From Paecilomyces variotii (lineage: Eukaryota), in NCBI GenBank assembly GCA_004022145.1, contig RCNU01000003.1: a stretch of DNA of 64,000 bases; one strand, written 5' to 3'. A program made the position numbers and the translations under genes. Position 1 is the first letter of the stretch. Each line of letters begins with the position of its first letter. Shown piece by piece: positions 10,954 to 24,177 of this stretch. The notes under the pieces were generated by a model, which saw only the letters and a program-made list of their open reading frames with translations, ran no database searches and was not told where the DNA came from.

Positions 10954-11694
10954 ATGGCTTTAAAAGACTCTTTTCGCATCAATCTCAAGGGCCGCGGTCT
11001 GCCATCCCGGCCAGACCAGGGTCTCCGCTCCAAGAGCTCGCCAGAACAGACGCAGAATAACGCCGTGATTCCTGAAAGACCTGCACCAGCCCCAGCCCTA
11101 GAGAAGCCACTTCCGTCAACACAGTTACCTTCTCCGCCGATGTCCCCGACGATGGCTGTTCCTGGGAGCTTCTCGCAGATCTCGCCAATCAGGCGCGGCC
11201 AGGAACTTTCTCCCAAGGAATTTTCTCCCGTGGAATTCTCTCCCAAGGAACTTCCTCCCAGCCCTCGAGCCCCGGCTGGTATCATGACTTCGCAAGATGA
11301 TGACGACGGTGCGTCTCTGGAAGACTTTATACCTGAGCCGGAGGAGAACTCGGGGGAAAGCATCGACGCTGCTATCACGACCGCACCGGCCAAGGAGGGA
11401 ATGAACGGAATTAACAGCAATGATAATCTCCCGCCGCCTCCGCAGCAGCTAGAGCCAGTCGCAGCGCCGCTGAGCAAAGTGCATTTTGCATGCTACCAGT
11501 CGCATAGATCGATGCCTGTCGCAAACAACTACTGGTATTCAGTTCCCTGCATGACTTGTCGGAAAGTTGATCAGCAAAGCCGATACCGGTGCACATTCTG
11601 CTGTCTTCGCATCTGCGGTGATTGTTTCCAAGGTCTGCAAAAGTGCAACGACCGCTCTCTGGCGGAGTTTCTCGACACTCGTCCGACAGCTTAA
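10954..11694 (+). CDS. Proline-rich protein with a C-terminal Cys/His cluster (putative zinc-binding domain)
   Basis: First in-frame ATG at 10954 (the track starts at a TTG). Low-complexity N-terminus, then CYQSH...CMTC...CTFCCLRICGDC...C. The true 5' end is uncertain. Confidence 0.75.
   Translation: MALKDSFRINLKGRGLPSRPDQGLRSKSSPEQTQNNAVIPERPAPAPALEKPLPSTQLPSPPMSPTMAVPGSFSQISPIRRGQELSPKEFSPVEFSPKELPPSPRAPAGIMTSQDDDDGASLEDFIPEPEENSGESIDAAITTAPAKEGMNGINSNDNLPPPPQQLEPVAAPLSKVHFACYQSHRSMPVANNYWYSVPCMTCRKVDQQSRYRCTFCCLRICGDCFQGLQKCNDRSLAEFLDTRPTA
11203..11262 (+). repeat. 15-bp coding tandem repeat, 4 copies
   Basis: gaactttctcccaag / gaattttctcccgtg / gaattctctcccaag / gaacttcctcccagc, encoding ELSPK EFSPV EFSPK ELPPS. 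Confidence 0.85.
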
Positions 11695-12563
11695 TAATAA
11701 GAGTTCGATGGTCGAGCACTGGACATGTCAATCCATGTTTCAGAGCAAGACAGAACGTTTGTTTTGATGATTTATTGGGATGAATTCGGTTTGAATCGGA
11801 GTTAGCAGCGATACAGGAGTCATGCTTATTACGAAATTGACCAACAATATTGAAGACAGAAGAGATCTGGGTGAGAGCCCATATGCAGCTCAGGGTCCGC
11901 GAGCGGAGTATAATAGTTTTCCGATACTTGCAATCCCTCATCGCAGGGGTGGATTCCTGATATACTCACATACTTCCGGGAGAGATCTGTGGTCTCAAAG
12001 TCGAGATGATACCCAAGTATGCGAGGGCATGAGCTAATGATTAGCTTCTTGTTCTGGCAAGACGGACTCGATTTGTTCCCTTTGAAGTGTATATATTTTG
12101 CTTATACCCGTTGAATAATCGGTTTAGATTTTTTCTTTTGCTCGAACAAAGCTATTTTGACACTCTACCGATGATACCTCGTATTCATTCAGAGCACATC
12201 TCGCGATGGGATTTAGATCGGCGCAGGCAAACCGCTGGCTATCATCGTGGCAGCATTCAAGGAGCAATTTTTTGCTATATATTAGATCTTGGTATCAATA
12301 AAAGTAATAATTTTTATACTCGATCTGGCCGACGGGTGTATTTTCCCATTCGTAGCCCTTTCCGTTTGAACCGATAGTAGAACATTTCGCAGAATGAGAA
12401 GTCGTTCTTGTTTCAGAGCACATATGGGTGCTTCGAGAGCCCCGTACTAGTCAATGTATGGTCGACCTTCATATGTTCCGAACAGTTGCTGCAATTTGCT
12501 AGAATCTGTCTGCAACAAAAACTGTCTATTATTCTCTGTACGTTAGAGGAAAGCAGTTTACCG

Positions 12564-13813
12564 TTAGTCATGATCTTCTTCGGTCAGGCCGGGACAGCCA
12601 TCCAAGGTGTCTGTCTCATAGCGGTATTTGCACCAAAAGCAATATCGATGCTTCTCTCGTAAGTATAGAACCAGTCTCATTAACCGTTCCTTGGGGTCCA
12701 GCTGATTGAACTCGTCGAGTTCTGGGTCTTCTTCGTCAAGTTCTTGTTCTACCACCCTCGCAGGATCTGTCCGGAGACCAAGAGCGTGTCGATCGTCAGC
12801 GTCCAGGTTGGGGTCTTCATATCCAGGCAATTTCGGGTCTGGAAAGAACGACGATGGGAGTGACGTCTGCATAATATGACGAGCTTGGATCTCGCGCTCC
12901 TTTTCTTCTCTCTCGCGCACAAGGCCACGGTACAAAACGTTGATCTGAGAAGTCGGCTTGACTTTGGTTCGTTTGCGAGACGTCGCGGATGATTTCTCCT
13001 CTGCATTTGTGTCATTTCCTTCCTCCTCCTCTTCCCTGCCGGGAGACTTCTGGTCGGCTCCGGACGGCTGAGCAGCTTCATCGTCGTCATCAGATTCCGT
13101 ATCCAACTTCTCAGCAACTTTTTGCGCTGCGCGTACTTGGGCTTCCGTCCGACGTTCCTCGCGTTCGAGCCTCATCCGTTCTCGATAGTCACCTTCTTCG
13201 GCTTTGACTTTCTTCGACATTTCTGCAGCTTCTTCTCTTATTTTACGCTTCTTCTCGTTATCCAGGCCTATCCCACTTCTGTCTTCCTTCACGATTATAT
13301 TTAGAGGTTCCGTGCGCGGTCGACCCCAGTCGTCGGTCGTGGTTGTGGCCGTGGCAGCTCCGTCCGAAGAGCCAGCAGGAGCTGCCATGCCGGTTGATGG
13401 CTGCTTGCCAAGAGCATCTCCTACCTTGAAGCCTAACTTGGCCATCATCTGGAAACCTTTGTTGCTAGGATCCAGGGCGGTCTTAGCCAGGGCTGCTTCG
13501 CGACGTGCAGCCTCCTGAGCTGCACGTTCCGCTTTGGAGGGAACCTTTGCTTTTGCTTCGGCCTGTTCATAGATAAAGACATTTAGTAACTGGATATGAC
13601 GAGATATGGAGAGATACTGAGTGTAAGCAGCAGATGCGCGTGGGATTTCCCGAGCAAACCCGGCGAGCCTCAAGACGGAAGTAGGAAGTACGACGTACTA
13701 ACCTCCCGTTGCTTTCGGAGTTTCCGCTGCGCAAAAGTCTCCTTTTTCTCCGGCTCTATAATGGCCATCGACATATAGTCTTCTTCCTCATCCTGGGCGC
13801 TTTGTGGAGCCAT
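12564..13813 (-). CDS. G-patch domain protein, GPATCH11/CCDC75-like (C-terminal DUF4187-type motif)
   Basis: Exons 13813-13703 and 13562-12564. N-terminal EEDYMSM, G-patch (SNKGFQMMAKLGFKVGDALGK...KEDRSGIG), C-terminal YLREKHRYCFWCKYRY...CPGLTEEDHD. Confidence 0.9.
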
Positions 13814-14810
13814 ACTTAGTCGGCGCTGTCGCTGTTTGCCGTGTCCCTCAACCGCAGGCAGGTCAGCCGATCACCAGCGCAGAAGAGAACGAGGCTCAGA
13901 GACAAGAGAAGCGTTCACGAGATTCTAGCGCACGGCCAAATCTGGTCAGTCTTGCAGTAACTCGAGAGCGTACTCTCACGTCAGTGGTGCTCAGAGTGGC
14001 GGTGTTGGTTTTGCGGGGAAGCCGATCTTGAAATCTGAACTTCAAGCTTTTTTGCTCTTTGTCGATCTCAAGAGACACCACCGAGGCTGACAATCATTAG
14101 ATATCTCAGATCCAGATTCAGACTCAATCAATCCCTGCTCATATCAGCACCATTCGATCTGTCAGGTTTGCTTTGGAAATCCATCCAAGTGGGACTATTG
14201 TGTGTAGGTAGAGTTTGTTCTGCTGCAAGGCGCTTCTCGTAGCGCTGCAGCTAAATCGTCTTTCGACGCCATGTGCTTTTCTTTTTCCGCCTTCGAAGGT
14301 GTATACCATTGATCAGCTCCTCCGCTTCAGGCAGCCAGTATGCGAGAGAGACGGCCTGGGGGTTCTTTTCGGTCTTAAGTCTTTTGATTACTGAGATTTT
14401 AGCTTTGTGAGATAATGACCAGCATGACTCTGATCTGCTGATCCTGCTATCTACTTCCCAATGTTCCCAGTCACACCTACCACTGCTCTTGTCCTCTGTC
14501 CCACAGTGTCATCCCTAGTCGCGCATAAAACGAATGTATTAGGCGTTCTTCCATGTGAGGCCATCCAACAGAAGAATGCCCCTGGCTCATTGGCCACGGG
14601 GCGTGCACCATTCCTCGACGCGACGGCGTGAGTATAGTCAGATATGGAATGCAAGGATCAATGGACACTTCTACCGACGTTCTGGCCAGCCGAATAGAAC
14701 CATCCGAAGATACCGGCCACCGATAGATAGACACAGGCTATCTGTTTAAAGATGGAGGCTGTCCTGGCGTGGGAGGTCTCACGCCTGGCTCCATTCTCAT
14801 CTCCTACACA

Positions 14811-16648
14811 ATGGCGGCGCGAACCATGCCGTTGCTGCTTCTCTCAGTCCTTTCTTGCTTGCTCTTCTCGTTTGCTGCTGCGCAAGACACCCTGGTAGAT
14901 CTGGGTTATGCCAAGTATAAGGGCCAGGCATTTTCAAATGGCATCTCTCAATGGCTCGGGATACGTTTCGCTGCTCCTCCCATAGGCGATTTGCGCTTCG
15001 CCGCCCCGCAAGATCCTGTAGCCTCTGGAGACACAGTCAATGCGACAGAGGTAACGTCTATCCATATGAAATCTGCTCTTCGGTTTCGTGCGTTATGAGA
15101 CCAAGACCATGTGACAAAGACTAACGTCCTTCCAGCATGGGCCGCTTTGTATCTCGACCTCCACGAACCCAATTCCAAGCAACATGGCCGAAGATTGTCT
15201 ATTTTTAGACGTCTATGCTCCTAGCAAAGCCAGCAATTCATCCGAGCTTCTGCCCGTCTACTTCTTTATTCAAGGCGGTGGATTCAGCGCCCTCGCCAAC
15301 CCTAATTACGATGGCACCGGCTTGTTACTGGCCTCTAATCTGAGCATAGTCATTGTTACCATCAACTACAGAGTTGGGCCTTATGGGTTTTTGGCAGGGA
15401 AAGAGATTCAAGAAGGCGCAAGTCTGAACAACGGGCTGAAAGATCAAATCAAGGCTCTGCAATGGGTCCAGAAACATATAAGCAAGGTAAATAATAACAA
15501 TGATCACAATAATACCCCTACTATTACTATTTCCTTTTTTTCTTTTGTTTCAAGAAAATTTCCAACCCTAGTTAGCATATATCACAGCTGACGTCTTCGC
15601 ATAGTTCGGCGGGAACCCCAACCATGTCGTTATAGGCGGACCTAGTGCTGGCGGTGCATCCGTCACTTTATTACTCTCAGCCTATGGCGGCAGGGATGAC
15701 GGACTGTTTCATGCGGCCGCCGCCGAGTCACAGAGCTTTGGCGGCATGCTTGATGTCGCCGGGAGTCAATTCGCGTACGACAACCTGGTCAATCGCACCA
15801 ACTGCACCGACAGCAAAGACACATTAGCCTGTCTGCGAGCTCTGGACATCGTCAGTCTCCAGAAACAAAACATACAGACCCCATTTCCAGGGGCCGAAAT
15901 CCCGCCTTTATACATGTACGGACCCACGGTAGACGGAGATCTCGTCCCGGATTATACATTCGCCCTATTCGAACAAGGCCGCTTCATCAAAGTCCCCGTG
16001 ATATTCGGCGACGACACTAATGAAGGAACCATGTTTGTCCCCAAAAGTACCTCCAGCGTCAAAGAAGCCGATACCTTCATCCAAGCCCAATTCCCCGCTA
16101 TTCAGCCAATACAACTGTCCAAAATCAACTCCCTGTATCTGGGACCCAATTCCACTCGCAACTTCCCCCAATCCAGCCCCTACTGGCGTCCTGCCAGTAA
16201 CGCCTACGGTGAAATCCGCTACATATGTCCGGGCATCGCCCTCTCTGATATCTACGCTAAATTCGGCGTCCCATCCTGGAACTACCATTACGCCGTGTTG
16301 GATCCCGATTCGGAGAAATCAGGCCTCGGCGTATCTCACACAGTCGAAGTGAACGCCATCTGGGGCCCGCAGTACGTTAGCACCACGCCTCCTAAGTCTT
16401 ATACGACTACAAACGCGCCCATCGTGCCTGTCATGCAGGGATATTGGACGAGTTTCATCAGGACTTATAATCCTAACACTTACCGGGTAGCGGGGAGTCC
16501 GAGGTGGGAAACGTGGTCGGAAGGGTTGTCTGATTATCAGAGAATCTTTATAAGAACCGGAGACACGAAGATGGAGACTGTTTATAAGGCTCAGAAGGAG
16601 AGATGTCAATATTTGAAGTCTATTGCGTTGGATTTGAAACAGAGGTGA
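14811..16648 (+). CDS. Secreted type-B carboxylesterase / triacylglycerol lipase
   Basis: Exons 14811-15050, 15136-15486, 15605-16648. Signal peptide, WLGIRFAAPP, EDCLFLDVY, oxyanion QGGGF, nucleophile elbow GPSAG, acid residue in DDTNEG, His in GVSHTVE. Confidence 0.93.
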
Positions 16649-16851
16649 GGTTTTAAGGGGGTTCTCGGTTTCAATGGATATGTAAGTAATGATTATGATC
16701 GATATATGGTATATACGTTCGCTATTGGTAGATAGTTCATATTTTATTGGACTTTTCTTGAAAGAGATTCTTGAGATAGTTAGAAAGATTACCAAGTGTT
16801 CCCTTTTTCTTTTTTGTAAATCCCGACTTCATGGATAATAGACGTGATTCC

Positions 16852-17001
16852 ATGATGATGATGATGATTTAAAAATAAACAACCCCCCCCCCCCCCCCCC
16901 CCACAAAACATAACTTTGATAACCTGTACATACAATGTACGTACACATATGTACAGTATAAATCTATGATCCTTCCGCTTATTAGCAGCAGCAGCAGCAG
17001 C
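16852..17001. repeat. Simple-repeat cluster: (ATG)n, C20 homopolymer, (AGC)6
   Basis: (atg) repeats at 16852-16868, 20 consecutive C at 16883-16902, (agc)6 at 16984-17001, in the convergent lipase/NOP14 3' interval. Confidence 0.9.
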
Positions 17002-17032
17002 CGTGGGTATGAAATGACTAAAAGGAAACACT

Positions 17033-19815
17033 TCATTTCTTCCCCTGTCTGAGCTTCTTTTCCCTCTCGTAGGCCTTGGCTTCTTTTCCTTCCTCGCCTT
17101 GGATCTCCGCAATAAGCCTTCTGTACTTCTTTTCGTATGCCGCGTCGCGCTCCTTCTTTTCGCGCAACTGTTCCCGTGCGATGAAGTTTGCGTCCTTCCG
17201 CAACTCGCGCATAGCACCCTTCTTCTCCCGCTTGTACTCCGCTTTCAGTCTGTTGGATTCGGCCCGTTCTCTGTCTGGATCGTAGTGGCGATCCGGGTTG
17301 AAGTTCTCTTCGAACTTCGGTATGGAGGTCTTGATGGCCAGAGGACGGTGGTTATGCAACAGCAGAGGTCGGCGCTTCAAGGTAGCTTGAGAGATGAGAT
17401 TGCCCAGCTTGTCAATAAGGCTCTGCACGCGATCTTGCATGGCCACGGAAACCTTGTTTGAGCAGGACTTCTGAACATGCTCCAGCACGCGTTGAACTTG
17501 CTCGAATATCTCACGGAAAGCTGACCGGTCTGTCCACATGTCTGCTGCGATGTCCAAGAGAGAAATAAATGTTGACATGAGACTAAGTTTGAGTTCCTCT
17601 GCAGCGTTTCCAGAATGGTGGGCCTCGACAATATCCCAGAACTCAAGCTTTCTGGTCTCAATTGTCTTCTTCGGGATAAGTCGTAAAGACTGAGGAGGCT
17701 GTCTGGATGGGAAGAAACCCAAACTGGTTTTTGGGTCCGTGGGACTCAATACGCAGAGAGCATTCAATGCATAATTCACAAACTCTGGGATGTACCGCTT
17801 TGAAAGGTCTTGGTACTGCAGAACCAAGCTCGCCGCGTACGCGCCCGTCGCCAGGTCAGCCAGATCATTAATGCTACCCTGCCCGAGGTAGCGCGCAAGA
17901 ACCAGATTGGAAGGCGTGGAAACGGCATGGAAGTGGTCTGACGTAGGAAAGACAGTCGAGACACCGGTGAGGATAACGAGATCTCCAGGGGTAAGTTTCA
18001 AGGGACGGTCTGCTGTAATCGTACGTAGATGCGCTCGGAAAGCCTTAGCCACGCTCTCAGGATGACTCTTTGCTAGAGAATGAACGTGTCGAAGGATGTT
18101 TTCAAGGATAGCAAAAGGTGGATGGTCCGGCTGGTCGGCCAAGTATGCAACATGTTCGACCAGTATCGCCGCGAACCGGCTGAGCTTAGACTTGTTGTCG
18201 GGGTGAAGTCGATGATGATGCAGTGCTCGAATCCTCTGAACAACAGTGGGCAATTCCTGAACGGGAACATCCTTGAGAATTTCCAGAAACTGTTGGTGGT
18301 TTTCGGGGCATGGATAGGTATAAGCTGCACCTTCATTTGCCGCTTGTGAACCGCCCGCTGAAGTTGCCTTCGCCGTGTCTTCAGCAGGAAGAGTGAGGCC
18401 GTTGATCATCTCATCTTCTTCTTCATCATCCTCCGATTCGCCTGGAGACTCGTCCTCGTCGCTTTCGATGAACGAAAGGCTAGCATTGGAATCTGTTTCC
18501 ACCAGGTCCTCGTCAATAACAAAGTCATCCTCGTCTTCCACGCCAAGCTCAGGGGCGCCGTTGACATCCGTGGCTGGTTGGACGAGACCGAAAGTTTTCG
18601 CATCGTCTGGTATAGATTCGTCTCCCGACTCGTTGACATCCTCTTCTTCATCTTCTGATTCACTCTCTTCCGAGCCGCGCATTCTGCGAAGGCGCTCTTC
18701 CTCAAGTTCCTTCAATCGTCGCGCTTCTTCCTCGGCCTTCTCCTCCTCCGTTTTAGTGCGGTCAGCCGGCTGGGAGCGCTTGTCGAATGTCAACTGTTTC
18801 AACCGTTGATCATATTCGCGGTTGGCTTCCTCTTCGTCCTTTGCGTTCAATAGAGCAGCGCGGTCAGGATTCATCGCCGCTGTGTCCTCCTTCGGAGGTT
18901 CTGGCTTGGGCTTTGGAGCGGTTCCTCTCAGCATTTCGAACAGGTCAGGAAGGCCCTTGTCGAGCTGTTCTCGTAATTCATCATCGTCTTCCTTTGCCTT
19001 TTGACGCTCGTATTTGTAGAACTTTGACTTGGCAATGACTTCCTTCATTACTTCCTGTTTCGACTTCTTCCGTTCCGGTTGTTCTTCCTCGTCTTCATCT
19101 GCGAGGCCATCCATCTCATCCTCTTCTCCATCGACAACCCGTCGGCGTTTCCTTGACTTTTCGCTATCCGAAGCATCGTCGTCCAGACCCATGATATCTG
19201 TTTCCTGAAAGTCGTCTGCCATCCCATCCTGATCAAACGATAGAGACTGCCCTCCGTGTGTGAGTTGAATCTCCTCGTCCTCGTCATCTTCAAGGTTGAA
19301 CAGAGATTCCTTTCTGAATTTCCTCTCATTCTCTCTGGCGAACCGTTCCGCCGCCCTTTGTTCCGGGGTCATAGTCGGGTCGTTTTCACCAAAACGACGG
19401 TCCATAATACCACCGACTCTGTTCTTCGAGTGGAGATCCCGAAGCAATGTCTCTCGTCTCTGGTTAAAGGGCTTGTGAGCATTCTTCTGGTCGGCATGAT
19501 CACTCGGGCCAAACTTACCCTCTCCTCACCCAATGACTTGGTGACACCGGGTCTGACATATCCCGCACCACCAGCACCTTTCGAGACTGCATCTCTAGTT
19601 GTGACATCGAACTTGACCGATTTTACTGGAGCCTTTATCTCGAATGGGTTGAACCGTTCTCTGATTCCTTGGAGGGCCGCATTGCGCTGAAGTCGGTTCT
19701 GGGCTGCTGCACCAGATTTTGCATTTTGGCGCTTCTTCTTTTTCGACTGCTGGGGTCCCAGAATACCGGTCTCACGGAGAGACGTCTTCAACTGCTTCAG
19801 CTGCGACGGCGGCAT
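17033..19815 (-). CDS. NOP14: Nucleolar protein Nop14 (SSU processome)
   Basis: Exons 19815-19519 and 19459-17033. IRERFNPFEIK, NRVGGIMDRRFGENDPTMTPE, KSKQEVMKEVIAKSKFYKYERQ, IPKFEENFNP, KGAMRELRKDANF. Confidence 0.96.
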
Positions 19816-20140
19816 GGCGACAGCTGATGTGCATAGGCGCTGAGCGATAGAGACGGAGATTTTTTGGGAATTTTCCAAAGCGTAGGCTCACCGCCTTCGC
19901 GATTCGGACTATCTGGGGGAATAGTTTATCCGGGATCCCGCCAAGCATTTCTGGTTCCGCGGCGGAAGGCGGAGGAAGCCGCCAAGTCTCTTTCTGCCTT
20001 AGCGATTCAGGCTGCCTCACTAACGGGGTTAACTTGCTTAGCTCCGGATCAGGCGTTCCTCATCTCCGCAACGTAAGGGAAGCTTCAAGCTTTCACACCT
20101 GCTCAAGCATGTCCAGCCACACTGCTATTCAGTTAAAGCG

Positions 20141-21349
20141 ATGACATCGCAATTTAACGACCGGATCCTATGGCTATGTCTTGGTAAGGCTAGTGACTCT
20201 GGAACTAAATCTTACCCAGCTAATGTCCCATAGGTGTCTCCCTGTTCTTTGCAGTTCGGGGCATTACCCTCGAGCTGCGGCGCGTGCGCGATCTGACTGA
20301 AATCAAACACAATGATAATGAGGATCGCATGTTAAGTGAGGGAACGGAAGACGGTAAGGATAGTGGTCTGTTTGAGTTATTGTTCTCTATATTGATTTAG
20401 CCGCAGCGCTGAAACTAGAGACGCTTCTGAAACTTTCCGAAAGCACGAGTTTCGATCTTCGAGCGGCGTACGAATTTCTCTATACCCTATATGGATTTAA
20501 TTGTATACTTACAACTTTGCAGAGCACTGCGCATTGTCGCGGAGAGGTCGACGAAAGGTTCCACGCGAGACCTGCTCCTGAAAGACCTGGTCAGCAAGGA
20601 TAAGGAACGACGAGAGAAAGCTCTCACGGCTCTACATTTTCTTGTATCTAATAGAGCACGTAAGTCCAGCTCACTTGAACTCGAGGCCGTCTGATAATTT
20701 GTACTCATCATGCGTCTTTACAGTCTCCCGAACAACCGTATCTAGTCGACTCAAGGATCTCCCGACATATACCGCCCTGATTGACTGTCTCTGCAACTTC
20801 CTCGAAGAACACGTCGAAGAAACCGGCACCACAATATCACCCATTCTACCGAAGACGAGGCCTCCCGGTGAAAGAAAAGCACTCAGTACACTCAATATCG
20901 TGTTGCCCGAGAACATCCAAGGTGCTCTGCAAGCGGGGATCGTGAGCCGTTGGCTCTCGAAGTATCCATTCCCTTGCGCAGTTGCGGATGAAGCCAGGAG
21001 GCAGGATGTTGTTTTGCTCTGCAAGTCCTGGTGGGGCGACGATACGTTTATGTGCTCTATCATAAACACTCTTGCTTCGCACCCGGATGGAGTTAAACAG
21101 CTGCGGAAATACGGCCTCATGGGAAGCATGATGGAAGAAAATGATCATGATGATTACGATAGGGACAGTGATGTTTGGATGGTAGGAGGTGATGATACGG
21201 CTGGTCCGAGAGGCCTGTCCGGACGGAGACTTCGCGAAGAAAGCGAGGAAGAACGGGCTCTGAGAAGACGCAGAAGAGAAGCAATGGTCTTTAGCGAAGG
21301 AGGACGGCCACTTGGAAATGATAATATTATTCACCCAACGGAGAACTAG
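20141..21349 (+). CDS. Conserved fungal protein with N-terminal hydrophobic anchor and helical (ARM-like) region
   Basis: Five exons with canonical sites in one frame: 20141-20183, 20234-20353, 20407-20467, 20523-20659, 20724-21349. MTSQFNDRILWLCLGVSLFFAVRGI... ending EESEEERALRRRRREAMV. Confidence 0.82.
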
Positions 21350-21482
21350 TTACGCATTAGGTCTCCGTATCAACTTTTCCAATTGTTCTATACCCTTTGA
21401 AGGATATTATAGATTTAACAATTCATTAGGCAACGAAAAGCCTAATATTAACCTGTAGGAGCAAGGCCAAACAGACTATATC

Positions 21483-23932
21483 TTACAGTCCCTTCCATGC
21501 TGTTTTCGCCACGTGATCGACCTTTTTGCGACTGCTCTTGACCATTCCTAATAGTTTCAATTCCGACAAAGCACGATAGAACAATGTGAGCGCCATACGC
21601 TCGTCAAAGTCGTCGCCTTCACCACCAATAGTGCCGCAGAAAGCATGCCAAAGATCGTACACATTCACCAGGTCTCCAGACTCGAGATACAGCTGATATA
21701 GTGTCGCAGTAATTGGTTGCATCGCCGATGGATTGCCGTCTGGACTGGTAGATGATGACAGTAGATAGTCGAAAGGACTAGAAAGCACTCTTTCGATCGC
21801 GAAGCGGGTTCTTGGGGCGAACGTGTCTTTCAGGGGATTTTTCAAGTCGAAGAGAAAGACTTCATGCAGGAACAAGTCCTGCGGCTTGATCAAAGTCCGA
21901 TCAAAATGAGCTTTCAGCTCCGTGCAGAAACGATCGATGAGGGCGGTGTATTCAGAATCCTCCTTTGACAGCTTTGCTTGGGACTTTCTGAGTTTGACTT
22001 GTTGCTTGACGACGGTTGTCGTGACGGATCGGCTGCTACTATAACCGCTTTTGAGAGTTCCTGCGTCTTTATTTGACTCCACGCATGTCTCGAGATCTTC
22101 AATGATCTTCTGAAGGCCGGAGGCGTTGTCCAGCAAAGGTTTTAGCGTTTCGAGAAGTTCCTGTAGACCGACAGAATCTTGTTCCCTGGTGGCTGATAAC
22201 ATCTGCTCGATAGCCAAGGAATCTCGCAGTTCTCCAGCAAGAGCAAGAACAGCTAGATGCACAGTACTAACTTCTTGGGAGACTTTTAAGAACCCGTTAA
22301 TAGAAGCGGCGGCTCTAACCGATTGGAACAGCTCCCGCATCTGTTCTTGGTTCGTTTGCAGAGCTCGTTTGGCCTCCTCGAAGAGGAATGTATCGTCATT
22401 GAGCAAGTTGCGTACATGGATGGTGTGGCCATTGTCCAGAAAATCTTCACACAACCTACATATGTTAGTTAAATAGACACTCAACCGCACCGTGTTACAT
22501 ACTTGCGGAAAGATGGTAGATTCCTGATAGACTGGCAAAATTCGCTCTGCTGCACTGCCGGAGAGACGTCTTCTACATCTTCTGCGAGAAGGACTGACAA
22601 GGGATTTGCGAAGAAATGTGACATGCATGCGTACTAAATACATCAAACAGTCAGCAAACAGCATTTGACGTTTGCAAGATATCATACCTTCACCATACGA
22701 CCAAAGGTCTCGAGGCTTTGAAAATAATTTCCTGATCTTTCCAGTAGTACTTTGCTAATTTGCGGACCCAGCCACAATCTGTTGTTTTTGCTCGTCTGCA
22801 GTGACTTGTATAGACGCTGAATGGAATCCCCGACGCCCCCGATTTCGAAATGCTTGCCCTGTAGTAAGGATACGGTCGATCGAGGAAGTCTCTCTTCGAA
22901 TAACTCGAAAGATGTTGAGACCCCAAAGAGCAAAACAAACGGTATTCGGTCCAGCCACGAACTGAAATCTGTTAGTTTTGAACGAGTGAAGCACGCTGTC
23001 AGTGATACCTTAGCAAAGATAAGAGATCTGATAATAGCTTCGGGTCGAATGCTTCGCTGTCACGAAAGGCGACTGCAAGCCTTCGGACTCCATGTTTCTT
23101 TACACACCCGTGCAGAACCTCGAGGTCGTAACTCAGGAGTCGCGGTCCCTAGATGGGAGGTCAGTACAACTGCATTCGCCGACACAAACTTATACATACG
23201 CCAGTTTGAGTAGAAAGCTCTTGATAACCCTCATTGCCTTCGAAAATTGAGACACCTGCTCTTATGATGGTTTTCAGAGCGGTCTTCAAGTTCGGTGCGT
23301 CTTCCGACTCTAACACCACGACGCCGCCTTCCTTACTGGTCAGCAGTCGGTCATGGATCCTGTCCAAGAGTCTGCCAAATGAAGCGACACTGGATCCAAT
23401 ATTAATCAGTGCGGTCGGTATATGACTGTGGGTTCTGAGTAATTCAGCATCAGCTTGTAGACATGAAAGGTAAGGCGACTCACGTCCCGGAAGTAGAATC
23501 CGCAATGAAAGATGACATATCGTGTAAGATGTGAGTGTCAAGTTCTTCAAGGACCGTCTGATTGACCGTTAGATTACGACACGACCCTATAAACCGGGCT
23601 ATGCTCTACTGACCTTAATTTCCTCTTCCTGCCGCAACCAGACCTGCTGGAAAGTGCTATATCTCAATTGTACAAGATGGGCAGACTCCATCCCATTGAG
23701 GAGAGGCACAAAGGGGAGTTGTCCATTTTCTTGAACATGGTTCTCTTTGGAGACCTTACGTCTTTTCGATGAACGCTCCTCGGAAGCATCTGCTGTTTTT
23801 GCAGGTTTGTAGACGTACACCCCCTTTGATTCGTTAATTTGCCTTCTTTAGCATGGAGTGATTTGACAGTACCTGACTGGAATTCTCCCTAGCCGTCCCA
23901 AAAGCTACAGTCTCATGAAACTCGACATCCAT
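21483..23932 (-). CDS. ORC3: Origin recognition complex subunit 3
   Basis: Eight exons (23932-23873, 23823-23614, 23557-23484, 23434-23200, 23148-23009, 22961-22688, 22633-22503, 22455-21483). IPTALI, SWLDRIPFVLLFGVSTS, YACMSHFFANP and a winged-helix tail YQLYLESGDLVNVYDLW...FYRALSELKLLGMVK. Confidence 0.92.
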
Positions 23933-24177
23933 CACTGCAGTTTGATGTGATCTCTTCTCCTGTCTGCGATCCTTGATTCTGCTTTACTGGCATCTCCGAG
24001 TGGAGCAACCGCGTCGCGCTTCGCTAAACCCAAAAGGGATACATTCATCGTTCTCGCCACGACTCCGACGCTTTATCGGGACGGACTGTGAAAATTATCT
24101 TGAAGGCTTTCCTTGCTTACGGTTTCTCTCTCTACTCGACAGCATTCTTACTGATGACTTGAGAGGGTTTCTACTTC

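Noticed and set aside
10809-11477. 222-aa minus-strand ORF
   Set aside because: Antisense shadow of the proline-rich gene.
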